DNA of 64,000 bases. It comes from a virus (Duplodnaviria > Caudoviricetes). Made by a program: the position numbers and the translations under genes. Below the pieces are notes generated by a model, which worked only from the letters and a program-made list of their open reading frames with translations, had not been told where the DNA came from and made no database searches. Location: IMG/VR virus record IMGVR_UViG_3300025018_000138, positions 1-64,000 of that record. One strand, given 5' to 3'. How positions within the stretch are numbered: position 1 is the first letter of the stretch; the number at the start of each line of letters is the position of its first letter. This document shows positions 48,585 through 59,764 of the stretch, piece by piece.

Positions 48585-49745
48585 ATGGCAGATTATCCAT
48601 CAATAGTTATTCCTTATTACGAAGGAACTACTCCTTACATCTCAGGTAGTACAACACCGTTCAAATATTTTGATAATGAGTCCACCTTTGTATCGTTTGC
48701 ACCTACGGTAGCAGATTATGTAGCATCTAATCTTGGATTTCCTGTACATCAAATTGAGATTACTCCAAATCAAATATACACGAATTTAGAATCTGCAATG
48801 GTTACGTATTCTAAAATTATAAATGAGTTTAGAACCAAAGAAGATTTTTTTAATCTTATTGGTCAACCAACAGGTAGTAATTATACAAACCGCTTACCAT
48901 ATCAATCTAATCGTTATCTGATTAGATTATCAGAAGCTTATTCCGCAGAAGCTAAAGTTTCTACTCATGTTTCATTATATACATCATCGGTAGAGTTGGA
49001 TACTAATCAATCGGTGTATAATATCAAGCAACACCTGATGGATATACACCCCGATGAATATGAATTCCAAATAAATATGGTTTTTCATAATCGTATCCCT
49101 GCAAACAGACAATATTTAAATTCGAATTTTGCATTCCCAAATGGGGTAAATGCAGGGATGATTGGTGATAATTCTTACTATACAATGTATCCATTGGGGT
49201 TTGACCTGTCTCGTATGCAAACTGTTAATACACATAGAGATATGAGATTGAGTGACTACTCATTTAAATTAGAAGGTGATAACATTCGTTTTCTACCAAT
49301 ACCCAAATACCCAATGAAAATTTGGTTCAATTATTATGTAGGGTCTGAATTATCAGGCAAATTTGCTGATGATAAAAATAATGCATATACACAAGATAAT
49401 CTAATAGTAAACCCCAGTGATATCCATTATGATTTTCTTCCTTTCTCCCGACTAAATCAACACGCAAAACAATGGATTATCGATTATACATTGGCACTAT
49501 CAATGATTACTTTAGGTATTAACAGACGTAAATTTGGTTCTGTTAATTATCCAACTGGTACAATTAGCTTGGATGGGGATGCATTTGTAGGAGATGGTTC
49601 TACCAAAAAAGATGCTTTAGAGCAAGAATTACGAGAAATGTTGATGAAATTGTCTAAGGAGGAAGGTATGGATATACAAGCAAGAATATTACAAAATCAG
49701 AAACAATTATTAGCAGCAATACCATTAGGTATATATAGATTTTAA
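48585..49745 (+). CDS. Neck/head-completion protein (T4 gp13-like)
   Basis: LGFPVHQIEIT and WIIDYTLAL...RRKFGSVNYPTGTISLDG patterns. Confidence 0.6.
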   Translation: MADYPSIVIPYYEGTTPYISGSTTPFKYFDNESTFVSFAPTVADYVASNLGFPVHQIEITPNQIYTNLESAMVTYSKIINEFRTKEDFFNLIGQPTGSNYTNRLPYQSNRYLIRLSEAYSAEAKVSTHVSLYTSSVELDTNQSVYNIKQHLMDIHPDEYEFQINMVFHNRIPANRQYLNSNFAFPNGVNAGMIGDNSYYTMYPLGFDLSRMQTVNTHRDMRLSDYSFKLEGDNIRFLPIPKYPMKIWFNYYVGSELSGKFADDKNNAYTQDNLIVNPSDIHYDFLPFSRLNQHAKQWIIDYTLALSMITLGINRRKFGSVNYPTGTISLDGDAFVGDGSTKKDALEQELREMLMKLSKEEGMDIQARILQNQKQLLAAIPLGIYRF

Positions 49746-50054
49746 AAAAAGGTCAGATATCTGACCTATAAAAATTAATAATCGTTATTATAATCATCGT
49801 CATCATAATATGATTTATTATCGTAATCTTCGTCATCGTCATCCATAGATGTAAATTCATCCAATCCGAAACTTCCTTCCTCGACCTCAAGTTTTGTTTT
49901 ATCAATTAAGTTGGAGCATTCATCATACAAACCTTGGTTTAATAATTTTGATAGTTTTGTTAATACTTTAATAAATAATTCATCCACTATAGTTATATTT
50001 AAATTGTTAATGTATAACGCTTAAATATAGGCTATAGTGGATTTTTAAACTAAA

Positions 50055-52652
50055 TTATTCTGTCTCAATATCTTCACCGATAATTTCTTCAATCGAAATT
50101 GAAGCATCGGTAGTAAGAATCAATCCTGCAATCGAAACTGCATTTAATAAAGCAGATTTTGTAATCTTAAATGGGTCAATAATACCCATCTCAAACATAT
50201 CTCCATTAGTATTATTTCTAACATCTAATCCCATGTTTACATTAGAATCCTCAGTGAATCGCTTTACAAATTCTCTAATATCATTTTTACTATAACCTGC
50301 ATTTTCTAATATGGTCTCAAATGGTTTTTTTAATGAATAAAATAATATATCATATGCTAAATTTTTTTCTATTGATTTATTAATATATTTTGATGGAGAA
50401 TATTCTGTTGATATTTTCAACAATGGAATCCCACCACCTGCTACAATACCATACTCAGTTGCAGATTTAGTAGCAAATAATGCATCTTCAATTCTATCCT
50501 TTTTCTCTTGTAATTCTACTTCAGAATTTGCACCAACTTTGATGATGGATACACCATTTGTAAAATTAGCATAACGTTCATTAATAGCATTTCTTTCAAA
50601 CATTGATAATTTTGAGTCATTGATTAAAGATTCTAATAATTCTTTTCTATCATTGTATTCTTTAACTTTTGGAATACCACCGATGATAACAGAATTCTCT
50701 TTTTTACTTATAATTCGTTCAGCTTGACCTAAGTAGTCCATCGAAATATTTTTAATAGAATGTCCAAGTTCGGGAGTTATGAATGTAGCACCCGTAGATA
50801 CTGCAATGTCCTTCATAATCTCTTTTCTATTATCTCCAAATGATGCAGCTTTAATCAGACAAACTTTAATCACTCCACTTAATTTATTCTGAGCTAATAC
50901 TCCTGCTACTTCCGCTTCAAAATCTTCAGCAATAATAACCAATGGTTTTCCTGATGATACTACACCTTCAAGCACAGGTAATAATTCTTTAGCAGTTGAT
51001 AAAGTACCTGCATATACCATGACAAACGTGTTGTTTAATTCTGCTACCATTTTTTTCATGTCAGTAACAAAATAAGAAGAGAAATAACCTCTATCAATCT
51101 GCATACCCTCGACATGTGACAAATAAGTTTCATCATTTTCTGAATCTTCAACTGATACATATCCACCGACACCAACCTTGGATATAGCTTTAGCAATGAT
51201 AGAACCTAGAATGGTATCTCCATTTGCAGAAATAGTTGCTACTTGACGTAGATGTTCTTCTGAATCAATATTTTTTTTCATTGATTCTAATTTTTCAACT
51301 ACATCTACTGTTAGTAAATCCAATTCTCGTTTCAATTGAATTAAATTCATAGATTGGTTTGATGATTTAATTAACTCAAATGCTTTATGAAGAATTGCTT
51401 GTGTTAATACAGTTGCAGTAGTTGTATTGTGTGTTAAAATGAAATTATCAGTGAAATAAAGTTTATCGTTATTGCTGACTTTTATACAACGCATTGGAGT
51501 ATATACATCAGTAGGAGTAATAGATACTATTTTGTTTCCATATTTATACCCTTTCAATTGTATAAATCTATGAATAGGATTATAGGAATAAGAATTGTCA
51601 TCACTATCTCTTGTATGAAATTTGAAATTTAAAGAAATGCCTAAACTATAACATAATACTTCAAAGTTTCTTGCTAACCTTCCACTTACGGTACTAAATA
51701 CAAATCTACCTCGTTTATTTTTATAACCACCCATGTCAAGTAAACCTTGTAATAAATTTTCTCTTGTTGTATAATCATTATATAGATATTCATCTGGAAT
51801 AAATTTAGTAAAACTATTTACACCACGTAAATTAAGTTGTTCTAAAATTTCTGATAAGGATTTACCATATAATTTAACTCTAAAACTATTACTTTTTTCT
51901 ACATGAGTTACATCTTTTCGTACACCTTCGGGTAGAATCAATTTGTCAATGATATGCTGCTTTTTAAAACCTAAAGATAACTCTATAGTTTCTCCACTTA
52001 AACTTCCATCGCCTAATAGTACACCTAGTGTGTAAGGGTCTATGGGTACAGATTTCTGTGGAAAATTGACACCTTCTGATTGCACATAGTATCCATGTCT
52101 ATTATTTTTCATTGTTATTCTACCAGAGTCTATTAAAGCACGTGTGGACATAGACTTCTTAGCACCATAATTAGTTATTACCGTCCATATATGAGTATCA
52201 TCACAGTCGACCACTCTACCATCAGCAAATTTCACTTGATGTATTTGTAAATTACCTTTTTCATACACTTCTTCTACTGTTTGTACAGTATTATTAGTAC
52301 CATTGATTAAATCACCCTTTTTAATTTCAGCCATAGTAGTCCAACCATTTGGTGTGGAAATTTTAGACCAAAGTGGTTGACAACCGTCACCTGCATTATC
52401 GGCAGTTTTTTCAGCTACGGATTTGATTAAATCCGCACCCATATTTTCGATTGGGTCTTTAAGTATAATGTGTTTCGCAACAGTTACCCCATCTTTAGTA
52501 ATTAGTGGTAGTTGCATTTCTCGTTGAATGATAACATTCTTACCCGATGCACCAAGCGTTGATTTAACTGCATTAGCTAATTTGTCAACGCCTGATTTTA
52601 ATTTATGACGAGTTTCTACATCGTATGATATATGTTTAATTATCTGTTTCAT
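50055..52652 (-). CDS. groEL: Chaperonin GroEL interrupted by an intein
   Basis: TKDGVTVAK, AGDG|TTTATVL, GMQIDRGY, EKKDRIEDA, GIIDP. Confidence 0.95.
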   Translation of the reverse strand: MKQIIKHISYDVETRHKLKSGVDKLANAVKSTLGASGKNVIIQREMQLPLITKDGVTVAKHIILKDPIENMGADLIKSVAEKTADNAGDGCQPLWSKISTPNGWTTMAEIKKGDLINGTNNTVQTVEEVYEKGNLQIHQVKFADGRVVDCDDTHIWTVITNYGAKKSMSTRALIDSGRITMKNNRHGYYVQSEGVNFPQKSVPIDPYTLGVLLGDGSLSGETIELSLGFKKQHIIDKLILPEGVRKDVTHVEKSNSFRVKLYGKSLSEILEQLNLRGVNSFTKFIPDEYLYNDYTTRENLLQGLLDMGGYKNKRGRFVFSTVSGRLARNFEVLCYSLGISLNFKFHTRDSDDNSYSYNPIHRFIQLKGYKYGNKIVSITPTDVYTPMRCIKVSNNDKLYFTDNFILTHNTTTATVLTQAILHKAFELIKSSNQSMNLIQLKRELDLLTVDVVEKLESMKKNIDSEEHLRQVATISANGDTILGSIIAKAISKVGVGGYVSVEDSENDETYLSHVEGMQIDRGYFSSYFVTDMKKMVAELNNTFVMVYAGTLSTAKELLPVLEGVVSSGKPLVIIAEDFEAEVAGVLAQNKLSGVIKVCLIKAASFGDNRKEIMKDIAVSTGATFITPELGHSIKNISMDYLGQAERIISKKENSVIIGGIPKVKEYNDRKELLESLINDSKLSMFERNAINERYANFTNGVSIIKVGANSEVELQEKKDRIEDALFATKSATEYGIVAGGGIPLLKISTEYSPSKYINKSIEKNLAYDILFYSLKKPFETILENAGYSKNDIREFVKRFTEDSNVNMGLDVRNNTNGDMFEMGIIDPFKITKSALLNAVSIAGLILTTDASISIEEIIGEDIETE
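51426..52382 (-). mobile_element. 319-aa intein with LAGLIDADG homing-endonuclease region
   Basis: Starts CQP after GDG, ends ILTHN before T; LGVLLGDGSL block; second block GLLDMGG. Confidence 0.92.
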
Positions 52653-52661
52653 AGTTAATTT

Positions 52662-53372
52662 TTAAAGTTTAAATTGATAAATTGTATTGTTTGCGATGTT
52701 TCTTACTTTATTATAAAGTCCATCACCTTCTCTAGAACCTGCGTTATTAGTATTACCTTCAATAGTAACAACTTTATCAGGGATATTTTGCATTAAAGAT
52801 TCGATTGGGTCAACTATATATACATGTCCGAACCCGTTATCATTAACCCACCCACCGATTACTATTGTATCTCGTCTGAGTTGATTAATATTAGTCACTT
52901 TAATATAATTTGCTCGAACACTTGCCCAATCTAACATATCTTTTGCGCGTGCAGTTTTTAATAATTTGTTATGAACATCAGGGTAAGAATTGAATAGTAC
53001 ATACGTTACAAAAATTGCACACCATGCGTATCCTTTTGTAGTTTTATCTTCGATATTAAACTGAGGAAATACAAATTTAATCATCTTATCAATTTCTTCA
53101 CCACGATTATCTGATTTCCCATCACCATCAACGTCAATTTCTCGTATATTTTTTAATAATAATTTGTGTGACGTTACTATATGTTCAGGTGTAATAAGTT
53201 TTAAATAATCATAAAGTTTTTCTGTAGTAGTTCCACCCACTGATGAATCGAATAATACTGATGATTTAAGATGGGTAAGCGTTTGATTCCCAAATACACC
53301 ATCGGTAGTAATACCAAGAGCATATTGTAATAATCGTACATCCCCACCACGAGATTTTAATGTTAAAGTCAT
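52662..53372 (-). CDS. Endolysin-like protein: peptidoglycan-binding plus CHAP domain
   Basis: VRLLQYALG...DGVFG...T; WCAIFV, GHV, TIEGNTN. Confidence 0.8.
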   Translation of the reverse strand: MTLTLKSRGGDVRLLQYALGITTDGVFGNQTLTHLKSSVLFDSSVGGTTTEKLYDYLKLITPEHIVTSHKLLLKNIREIDVDGDGKSDNRGEEIDKMIKFVFPQFNIEDKTTKGYAWCAIFVTYVLFNSYPDVHNKLLKTARAKDMLDWASVRANYIKVTNINQLRRDTIVIGGWVNDNGFGHVYIVDPIESLMQNIPDKVVTIEGNTNNAGSREGDGLYNKVRNIANNTIYQFKL

Positions 53373-53962
53373 AATGTTTTTTGTGTTAGTTTTTGTTGAT
53401 TATAAATATACTTTTCTTTTCTATCCATTATAGAATAAATTTTTTCGAAACTTATTGGTTCACCATCATAACCATCTACACCAACATCTAAAAGTTTTTC
53501 ATTTATTAATAATGGTTGGTTATGAAAAGTTGAACCATGAAGCATCCATGCACCTTCGTTCTTTCTGTTCCAATTTAATTGTGGATGATGATTTAAAGTA
53601 ATTGATATATCATTAATGAATATATCGAGTTTATAGCTGATAGACATCAATTTATCTTTACACGCCAAAATTGTATCGTGTGTATCTGATGTTCCAATAA
53701 TCAAATTTATATTTCCATTTAGTTTCTGTAAAATAGATTTAGTAAGTGGTATCGAACCTACACTAAAATTTCCTAAATGAAAAACTATATCGTTACGCTT
53801 AACAACAGAGTTCCATTTCTGAATCAAATAATCATTCATTTGTTCTACAGTCCATGATTGACGTTCATATAATATATCTTCATCATAAAACAACTGGTCT
53901 GATGTAAATAATATATCATCTCTAACTGCATTAAGAGCTTTCATGCCTTTAATAACGTACAT
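53369..53962 (-). CDS. Degenerate calcineurin-like phosphoesterase
   Basis: FTSD, MNDYLIQKWNSVV, HLGNF scaffold with metal ligands substituted. Confidence 0.7.
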   Translation of the reverse strand: MYVIKGMKALNAVRDDILFTSDQLFYDEDILYERQSWTVEQMNDYLIQKWNSVVKRNDIVFHLGNFSVGSIPLTKSILQKLNGNINLIIGTSDTHDTILACKDKLMSISYKLDIFINDISITLNHHPQLNWNRKNEGAWMLHGSTFHNQPLLINEKLLDVGVDGYDGEPISFEKIYSIMDRKEKYIYNQQKLTQKTL

Positions 53963-54976
53963 ATTACTTTTGTTTTAACGATTTGATTTTATCTTTGATT
54001 TCTAAAATTTTTGAATTAAGTGTTTCACGTTCTGATTGCAAACCTTTGAGTTCATCATTCAAGCGAGATATTAATTTTATATGAGAAATTTTTAATTCGG
54101 GTATAAAATAAAAAGGGAATGATTTGTGATTAAATTTTACTACTGAAAATACATCATAAACTTTTGATTTATCAAACTGTTTTTGGTCATCAGTAGAAAT
54201 TTTATCAATGGCACATACTAAATCAGATAAAGAATTTATTTTATTCGCATCATAACCACCAATTTTTTCATTTATCAATGGTTGTGGTGATACTCTATAT
54301 TTTTTTAATTCTTGTTCATAATACGTACATTGTTTTTCGGTATCAAATTCAAACCCATCTTCTGATTGGTATTTGACTATCATATTACCCAAACATCAGA
54401 CGTTTATTTGCAACACTTAGATTCACCGTTTTTACTTCACAGATAGTTTTCGGTACTTCTTGTACGATTCCACCATCTTGAATGAAATAATTTTTCTCAT
54501 CTTGGTACATAACAGGATAGTGAACATCCAATTTTAGATTTTTTGTAGTAGTAAATCTTGCATCAGTAATTTTAACAAGCATTTTTTCCATAATAGTTTA
54601 ATTTATAGGTTAGGGTTAATTGTTTAAGTAGGCGAATTTAGTAAAAACATATTTTTTTGTTTTAATAAATTCTTTTTTTAAAAAAGTTATATCGGTTTCG
54701 GAAATATTTATGAACTCATTTCGAATTTTATACATTATTGTATGATTTTTATTATGTCCATTGTATTCCATTGTAAAAAAATTGTTAGATTTTATATCAT
54801 CATCAAAAATTTTTTTGATTTTATGATTATTTATAATCATTTCAAAGTATAATTTTTGGTTTCTGTCAACCGATTTATATAAAATATAACAAAAATTTAA
54901 ATCGGAGACTAATTTTTTTAAAAAGTCCATAAAATGTAAGAGTAATTATGGACTTTTTATAAAATAAAACTACTTT

Positions 54977-55699
54977 TTAACGATAATTTTTAAAATCTTC
55001 TGTTTCTGCATAATATTCTAAAATTCTATCTACTACGGGGTGTCTATGATTAGTTAAAAGTTCACTAAATCCTACCCCTTCGATTTTATCTCGAAGATTA
55101 ATCAATTTATTTATTCCTGATGTAGGTTTTCTTTTTAAATCAATCTGATTTATATCACCACATAGTACCATCTTCGAATGTAACCCTAAACGTGTCATAA
55201 CCATTGCAGTTTGTTCATTGGTTAAATTTTGTACTTCATCAGCTATGATAAATTTATTAAGGAATGTTCTCCCTCTAAAAAATTGTAATGGAACTATCTC
55301 CAATTTGTTTAATAATATTAGTTTTTTAAACTCCACTTTACCAACAACCGATTCAATATTGTCGTATACGGGATATACCCATGGTTGCATTTTATCGTTC
55401 AAATCTCCCTTTAGAAAGCCAATATCTTCTGTACCCACTGTAGGTCTTGTAATAACTATTTTATCAACTTCATCGGCATATAATAGTTCGATTCCTGTTA
55501 ATACTGCGGTTAATGTTTTACCACTTCCTGCTTTACCCGTTAATACTGTTATATCATTTTCAATTATTATTTTTTTTGTTATCTGTTGCTCTTTGTTTAA
55601 TCTAATTCTCGATTTCATTAGATTCTCGATTGATAACTCGGTTAAACTATTTTCATGGATAACCATTTTTGTGTTATTAGAATTTTTATTTCTTTTCAT
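54977..55699 (-). CDS. phoH: PhoH-family ATPase
   Basis: GKAGSGKT, TRPTV, RGRTF, DEVQN, TRLG, GDINQID. Confidence 0.95.
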   Translation of the reverse strand: MKRNKNSNNTKMVIHENSLTELSIENLMKSRIRLNKEQQITKKIIIENDITVLTGKAGSGKTLTAVLTGIELLYADEVDKIVITRPTVGTEDIGFLKGDLNDKMQPWVYPVYDNIESVVGKVEFKKLILLNKLEIVPLQFFRGRTFLNKFIIADEVQNLTNEQTAMVMTRLGLHSKMVLCGDINQIDLKRKPTSGINKLINLRDKIEGVGFSELLTNHRHPVVDRILEYYAETEDFKNYR

Positions 55700-56231
55700 A
55701 CGATAGTTGTTTTGTTTCTAGGTAATTAATCATAAAATGAAAATATATATCCTTTGATAATTTTTTCATTTCAGTAGATATTTCAGAAACCACATTTTTT
55801 GTATTTTTTTCGAACCATGAACCATCAGTAGATTTTCTTACGATGTCACTATCTGATATATCTACTAAATATAAAAATCTTTGTGATGTGGCTGATTTAG
55901 AATGAAACACTGAATCTAAAAATTCCCACTTTGATTTATCTTCTTGGACTATCCCACTCTCTTCTGCTAATTCTCTTATTGCAGTATCAAAATGATTTTC
56001 GTTTGGTTCGATTGTACCCGATATACAAGTTAATTCAGCTTTTTTGTTTCTCCATATATTAATTGGTTCTAAAAGATAGACCACATATATCTTATCATTT
56101 GATATAAAATATGGAAGAACCATCACCTTATCTGATTCTTTAAAAATCGTATATTTATCCCCTGAATCAGAGTTTGTCTTCTCGATTAACGAGACCCATT
56201 TGTTTTTAAATAATATTTTTTCTTTACTCAT
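55686..56231 (-). CDS. NUDIX hydrolase
   Basis: GTIEPNENHFDTAIRELAEESG Nudix box. Confidence 0.88.
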   Translation of the reverse strand: MSKEKILFKNKWVSLIEKTNSDSGDKYTIFKESDKVMVLPYFISNDKIYVVYLLEPINIWRNKKAELTCISGTIEPNENHFDTAIRELAEESGIVQEDKSKWEFLDSVFHSKSATSQRFLYLVDISDSDIVRKSTDGSWFEKNTKNVVSEISTEMKKLSKDIYFHFMINYLETKQLSYEKK

Positions 56232-56249
56232 TATAGCTTAAATATAATA

Positions 56250-56525
56250 TTATTTCAATAATAAAATAGAATCTTTTAAGAAAATCCCATCAAATTTTAA
56301 TAATATTATATAATACCCATTTTGTAAATCATTATTTTGTGGTTGTGTACCCGAACCATCACTTATTGTACTCCAAAGAGTTTTATCATTGAAAAAACCA
56401 TTACCTTGAGAGTAATAACTTGTTTGTCCGAATACGTTACCGATAAAGAAAAATAAAGTAAAGAATAGTGAAAACCAAAATGGTTTCCAATGTGTTTCGA
56501 TGATGTTATATAGCGTTTTATTCAT
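56250..56525 (-). CDS. Signal-peptide protein resembling the N-terminus of Bacteroidota secreted proteins (possibly truncated)
   Basis: Hydrophobic leader then VFGQTSYYSQGNGFFNDKTLWST. Confidence 0.4.
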   Translation of the reverse strand: MNKTLYNIIETHWKPFWFSLFFTLFFFIGNVFGQTSYYSQGNGFFNDKTLWSTISDGSGTQPQNNDLQNGYYIILLKFDGIFLKDSILLLK

Positions 56526-56558
56526 ACCAATAAGTATATTATTTAAAAATAATTGGTA

Positions 56559-56582
56559 TAAAAAAAGCCCCCGAAGGGGCTA
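56559..56582 (-). terminator. Intrinsic terminator
   Basis: GCCCC-TTCG-GGGGC followed by a U-run, after the DUF932 gene. Confidence 0.85.
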
Positions 56583-56586
56583 AATA

Positions 56587-57525
56587 TTAAAGAAGTACTA
56601 CTGCTTTTTCAAAAGCTTTCTCTTTACTCGTAGCACCAGAACCCAACCAAATCGCTTCAAGTTTGTTTGTGCGTTCTTGGTAGTTTTTGTAGTGGTCGTA
56701 GTATTCGGTCACTGCATTATAAGCACCCCAAAGTGAACCACGTACACCTTTTAAGTCTGTTCCTGCTCCAACTTCAACCAAGCGATTAATCTCCACGATT
56801 GTGTTTTCTGCCTGAGTAGATTCACCTACAACTGCTTTGAAATAAGCATCCATACTTTCAGAGGTCAGTTGTTTTTTGAACATCTCAGCGTACAATTCTT
56901 CGATTTTTACTGCTTGTTTTTTGATGATTCCCATTGATTCGGAAGCAATCATCATATTTGCTCTTGCATTCGTAGTGTGACGAATGTTCACTTTGTTTTT
57001 GTTTCCTTTTAATGCCCAATTCAACGTGTTGTTACATACAACTCGGATTGGAGTTAAAGCCAACTGAATGGATTGTTTACCATTGTGACCGTTTGATAGG
57101 AGAACAAAATTCTCAACTACATCCCCATGACCAACTTGCATGTATGTAGGCATTTTAGCAAGCATCCATACGATTTCACCTTCTCTTAGTGAACCTGCTG
57201 TTTCGAACATTGCTTCTTTAGCTTCTACGATTGTATCGAAGAATTCAAAAGCATCTCTGTTTTGGATAGGAGTATAACGTCCTGTTCCCATACCTAACAC
57301 TTTATGGTCAGTGTTTCTAACCAATGCGAATTGGTTATCGATTTCTAACTGTGTACCATCGGGTAGACCTTGGTATACAATTCTTTTTTCTACAGACCAA
57401 TGAAGACCTGCTTTTACGATAGCATCTTCGGATGTCATCAGACCATCTACTGCTACACCTAGACCGTGCCAAGGTTTTTCGTTATTAGAATTGTTATAAG
57501 CCATTGTTTCTACATTGTGAGCCAT
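56587..57525 (-). CDS. DUF932 / phage-plasmid-like protein (TIGR03299 type)
   Basis: MAHNVETM, PWHGLG, YTPIQN, FETAGSL, TPIRVVCNNTL, WGAYNAVTEY. Confidence 0.9.
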   Translation of the reverse strand: MAHNVETMAYNNSNNEKPWHGLGVAVDGLMTSEDAIVKAGLHWSVEKRIVYQGLPDGTQLEIDNQFALVRNTDHKVLGMGTGRYTPIQNRDAFEFFDTIVEAKEAMFETAGSLREGEIVWMLAKMPTYMQVGHGDVVENFVLLSNGHNGKQSIQLALTPIRVVCNNTLNWALKGNKNKVNIRHTTNARANMMIASESMGIIKKQAVKIEELYAEMFKKQLTSESMDAYFKAVVGESTQAENTIVEINRLVEVGAGTDLKGVRGSLWGAYNAVTEYYDHYKNYQERTNKLEAIWLGSGATSKEKAFEKAVVLL

Positions 57526-57571
57526 GATATTTTTCTTTCGTTATGTTTGGGTGATTGTTGACTTCCTTACT

Positions 57572-57600
57572 AATATAAAAAGAATAATTTAAAAAGTCAA
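57572..57600 (-). promoter_or_regulatory. Promoter TTGACT-N17-TATATT for the DUF932 gene
   Basis: Consensus match; the gene has its own terminator. Confidence 0.65.
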
Positions 57601-58128
57601 TAGTTTAATTTAATTATTTTCTAAAATTAAGAAATACTTATCGAAAATGGAACAGGTAATCCTGAAGTTGGATTAGTAGTTATTATAACCCCTTTAATTG
57701 ATTTTATATGATTTTTGATTTTATCAGTCAATAGTTTACAAAAATCTTGATATGAACGGTCTATATTAGGTATATAGAAAGGAATGCCACCAAAAGCTAC
57801 AATACTTGATACTTTGATATTACCATTAATTGGGGATGCTATACCAAAAGTTGTACCCACCCACCCTGAAGAAATTGCACTACCAAAAGCTATACTAAAT
57901 TGTTGTTTACTTAATAATGATGTTAATGTTATTTTCATTAAACTATCATTGAATGTTAATGGTGTATCAATACTATTTGGATAATCATTGGCTACTGCAA
58001 CTACGTAATCTTTATATATAGTCACGAATTTATCAATATAATCATTCAAATCATTAGATGGTTTAGAATGTAATTCTAAAAGTTTGTTCTCTAAAATAGT
58101 AAAATTTACCATATTTTGTATTATTCCT

Positions 58129-59043
58129 TCAACGATTGATTAATTGTTTAAAAGTATTATTTACATGTTCAATAGTATTTAAATAGTACTTTCTTTTTTT
58201 TCTATCATTCATAACAACTTCATCAAATTTCCATACCATTCTATTATTATATTCTTCATCTGCAATATTATTTATCGTTATCAATTGAATTGGTTGGTCG
58301 TTTTTGTCTATTTGGTTAAATAAAAGCATCAACCAAGTATCCTCAAATCCATAATGATAAAAACTATCTGGTATACCATATACTTTATCCATTGCTATTT
58401 TTGAAAAACATGTCATACAACCACCACCCCATTTATATTTAATACCATATTTACTATTATCTATAATTCCAATATAAATATTAGTATCAATATTTTCTAT
58501 TTCGTATTTTACATTAGTATATTTGTGAAAATTAAAGTCTTTATTTAAAAATTTTTTATTAACCAGACAATCCCATGATGAATCCCATTTTTTAAGTATT
58601 TCTGGTGTTATTATAATATTTTCTCCATTATAAAAAACCATTATTTGTTCATAATAACTTAAAAAATCATTTTTAAAAATGATATCACTATCTACCCATA
58701 AAAAATAATCATATTGTTTTTTTAAACAATCCCTCCTAGCCGATGTACATCCGTATATATCAATTTTATCTATTATTGGGACAATATTAATATTTTTATT
58801 ATTGAATTTATGTAAAATATTATTAAAATATTTTAATATTTCAGCCTTTGAAATTTTAGTTTTAGTCCAATCTACCGAATCATCTATGTCTAAATAAATA
58901 AATAAATCCCATTGTATTTTACCAATGTTTATTTGTTCATCAAATTGCTTTAGCAACCTTTCGAACATTAAAAATTCACTTGGCATAATATATAAACATA
59001 TACTACATTTTATTGTATTATTCAAATTTATAAGTTCTAGCAT
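58129..59043 (-). CDS. Glycosyltransferase-like protein (GT-A fold)
   Basis: FLWVDSDII DxD motif, YGFEDT. Confidence 0.6.
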   Translation of the reverse strand: MLELINLNNTIKCSICLYIMPSEFLMFERLLKQFDEQINIGKIQWDLFIYLDIDDSVDWTKTKISKAEILKYFNNILHKFNNKNINIVPIIDKIDIYGCTSARRDCLKKQYDYFLWVDSDIIFKNDFLSYYEQIMVFYNGENIIITPEILKKWDSSWDCLVNKKFLNKDFNFHKYTNVKYEIENIDTNIYIGIIDNSKYGIKYKWGGGCMTCFSKIAMDKVYGIPDSFYHYGFEDTWLMLLFNQIDKNDQPIQLITINNIADEEYNNRMVWKFDEVVMNDRKKRKYYLNTIEHVNNTFKQLINR

Positions 59044-59764
59044 AATTTATGTATTCTTGTAATTTATCTAATTTGCCAATTTTTTTGAAGAATTCATACA
59101 TATTATAATTAGCTTTGTCATTATAATTAGAAATTTCTTTACGGTCTGAATATTTTTTAACAGTATAATTTCCTAAGTGTACAATAGGACAATAATCCAA
59201 AATACATATTTTCCAATTATTTTCTTCACAAATCATACCTGTATATAAATCATTACCCCAACCATATTTCAAAAGGTCATCAAATTGATTTATTTTTTTG
59301 ATGACATCTATATGTATCAAACACGACTGAAAATCTACAAATTTGACATCTCTTGGGGTTTTTGAATTCCAATTGTGCATAGATAACCAATAACATTGTT
59401 CATGTTGTACAGGTTGAATTATCGTTGAAGATACAATTTTATAATCATCATTAAACATAACTCCACGCAAAGTTTTTATAAAATTATAAGGATGGATTAT
59501 TACATCCGAATTTAATAATAGCAATGAGTCGTACAATTCTTGATTATTTAATATAATTTCGAATGCTACATTTACTCCACCACCATAAAAAGTATTACTT
59601 GATAAGTCAATCGATTCATATTTACATTTTTTATCATCATCAGAGCCATTGTCCAATATAAAAACATCATATAAATCGGATTGGTTTTTTTTTAAATCTT
59701 CATATAATGGGTTGGTTAGTTCAGGAGTATTATAATTTAATATTAAAATTAAAGTTTTTTTCAT
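59018..59764 (-). CDS. Glycosyltransferase family 2
   Basis: ILILNYN, ILDNGSDD, LLNSDV, YGWGND. Confidence 0.8.
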   Translation of the reverse strand: MKKTLILILNYNTPELTNPLYEDLKKNQSDLYDVFILDNGSDDDKKCKYESIDLSSNTFYGGGVNVAFEIILNNQELYDSLLLLNSDVIIHPYNFIKTLRGVMFNDDYKIVSSTIIQPVQHEQCYWLSMHNWNSKTPRDVKFVDFQSCLIHIDVIKKINQFDDLLKYGWGNDLYTGMICEENNWKICILDYCPIVHLGNYTVKKYSDRKEISNYNDKANYNMYEFFKKIGKLDKLQEYINYARTYKFE

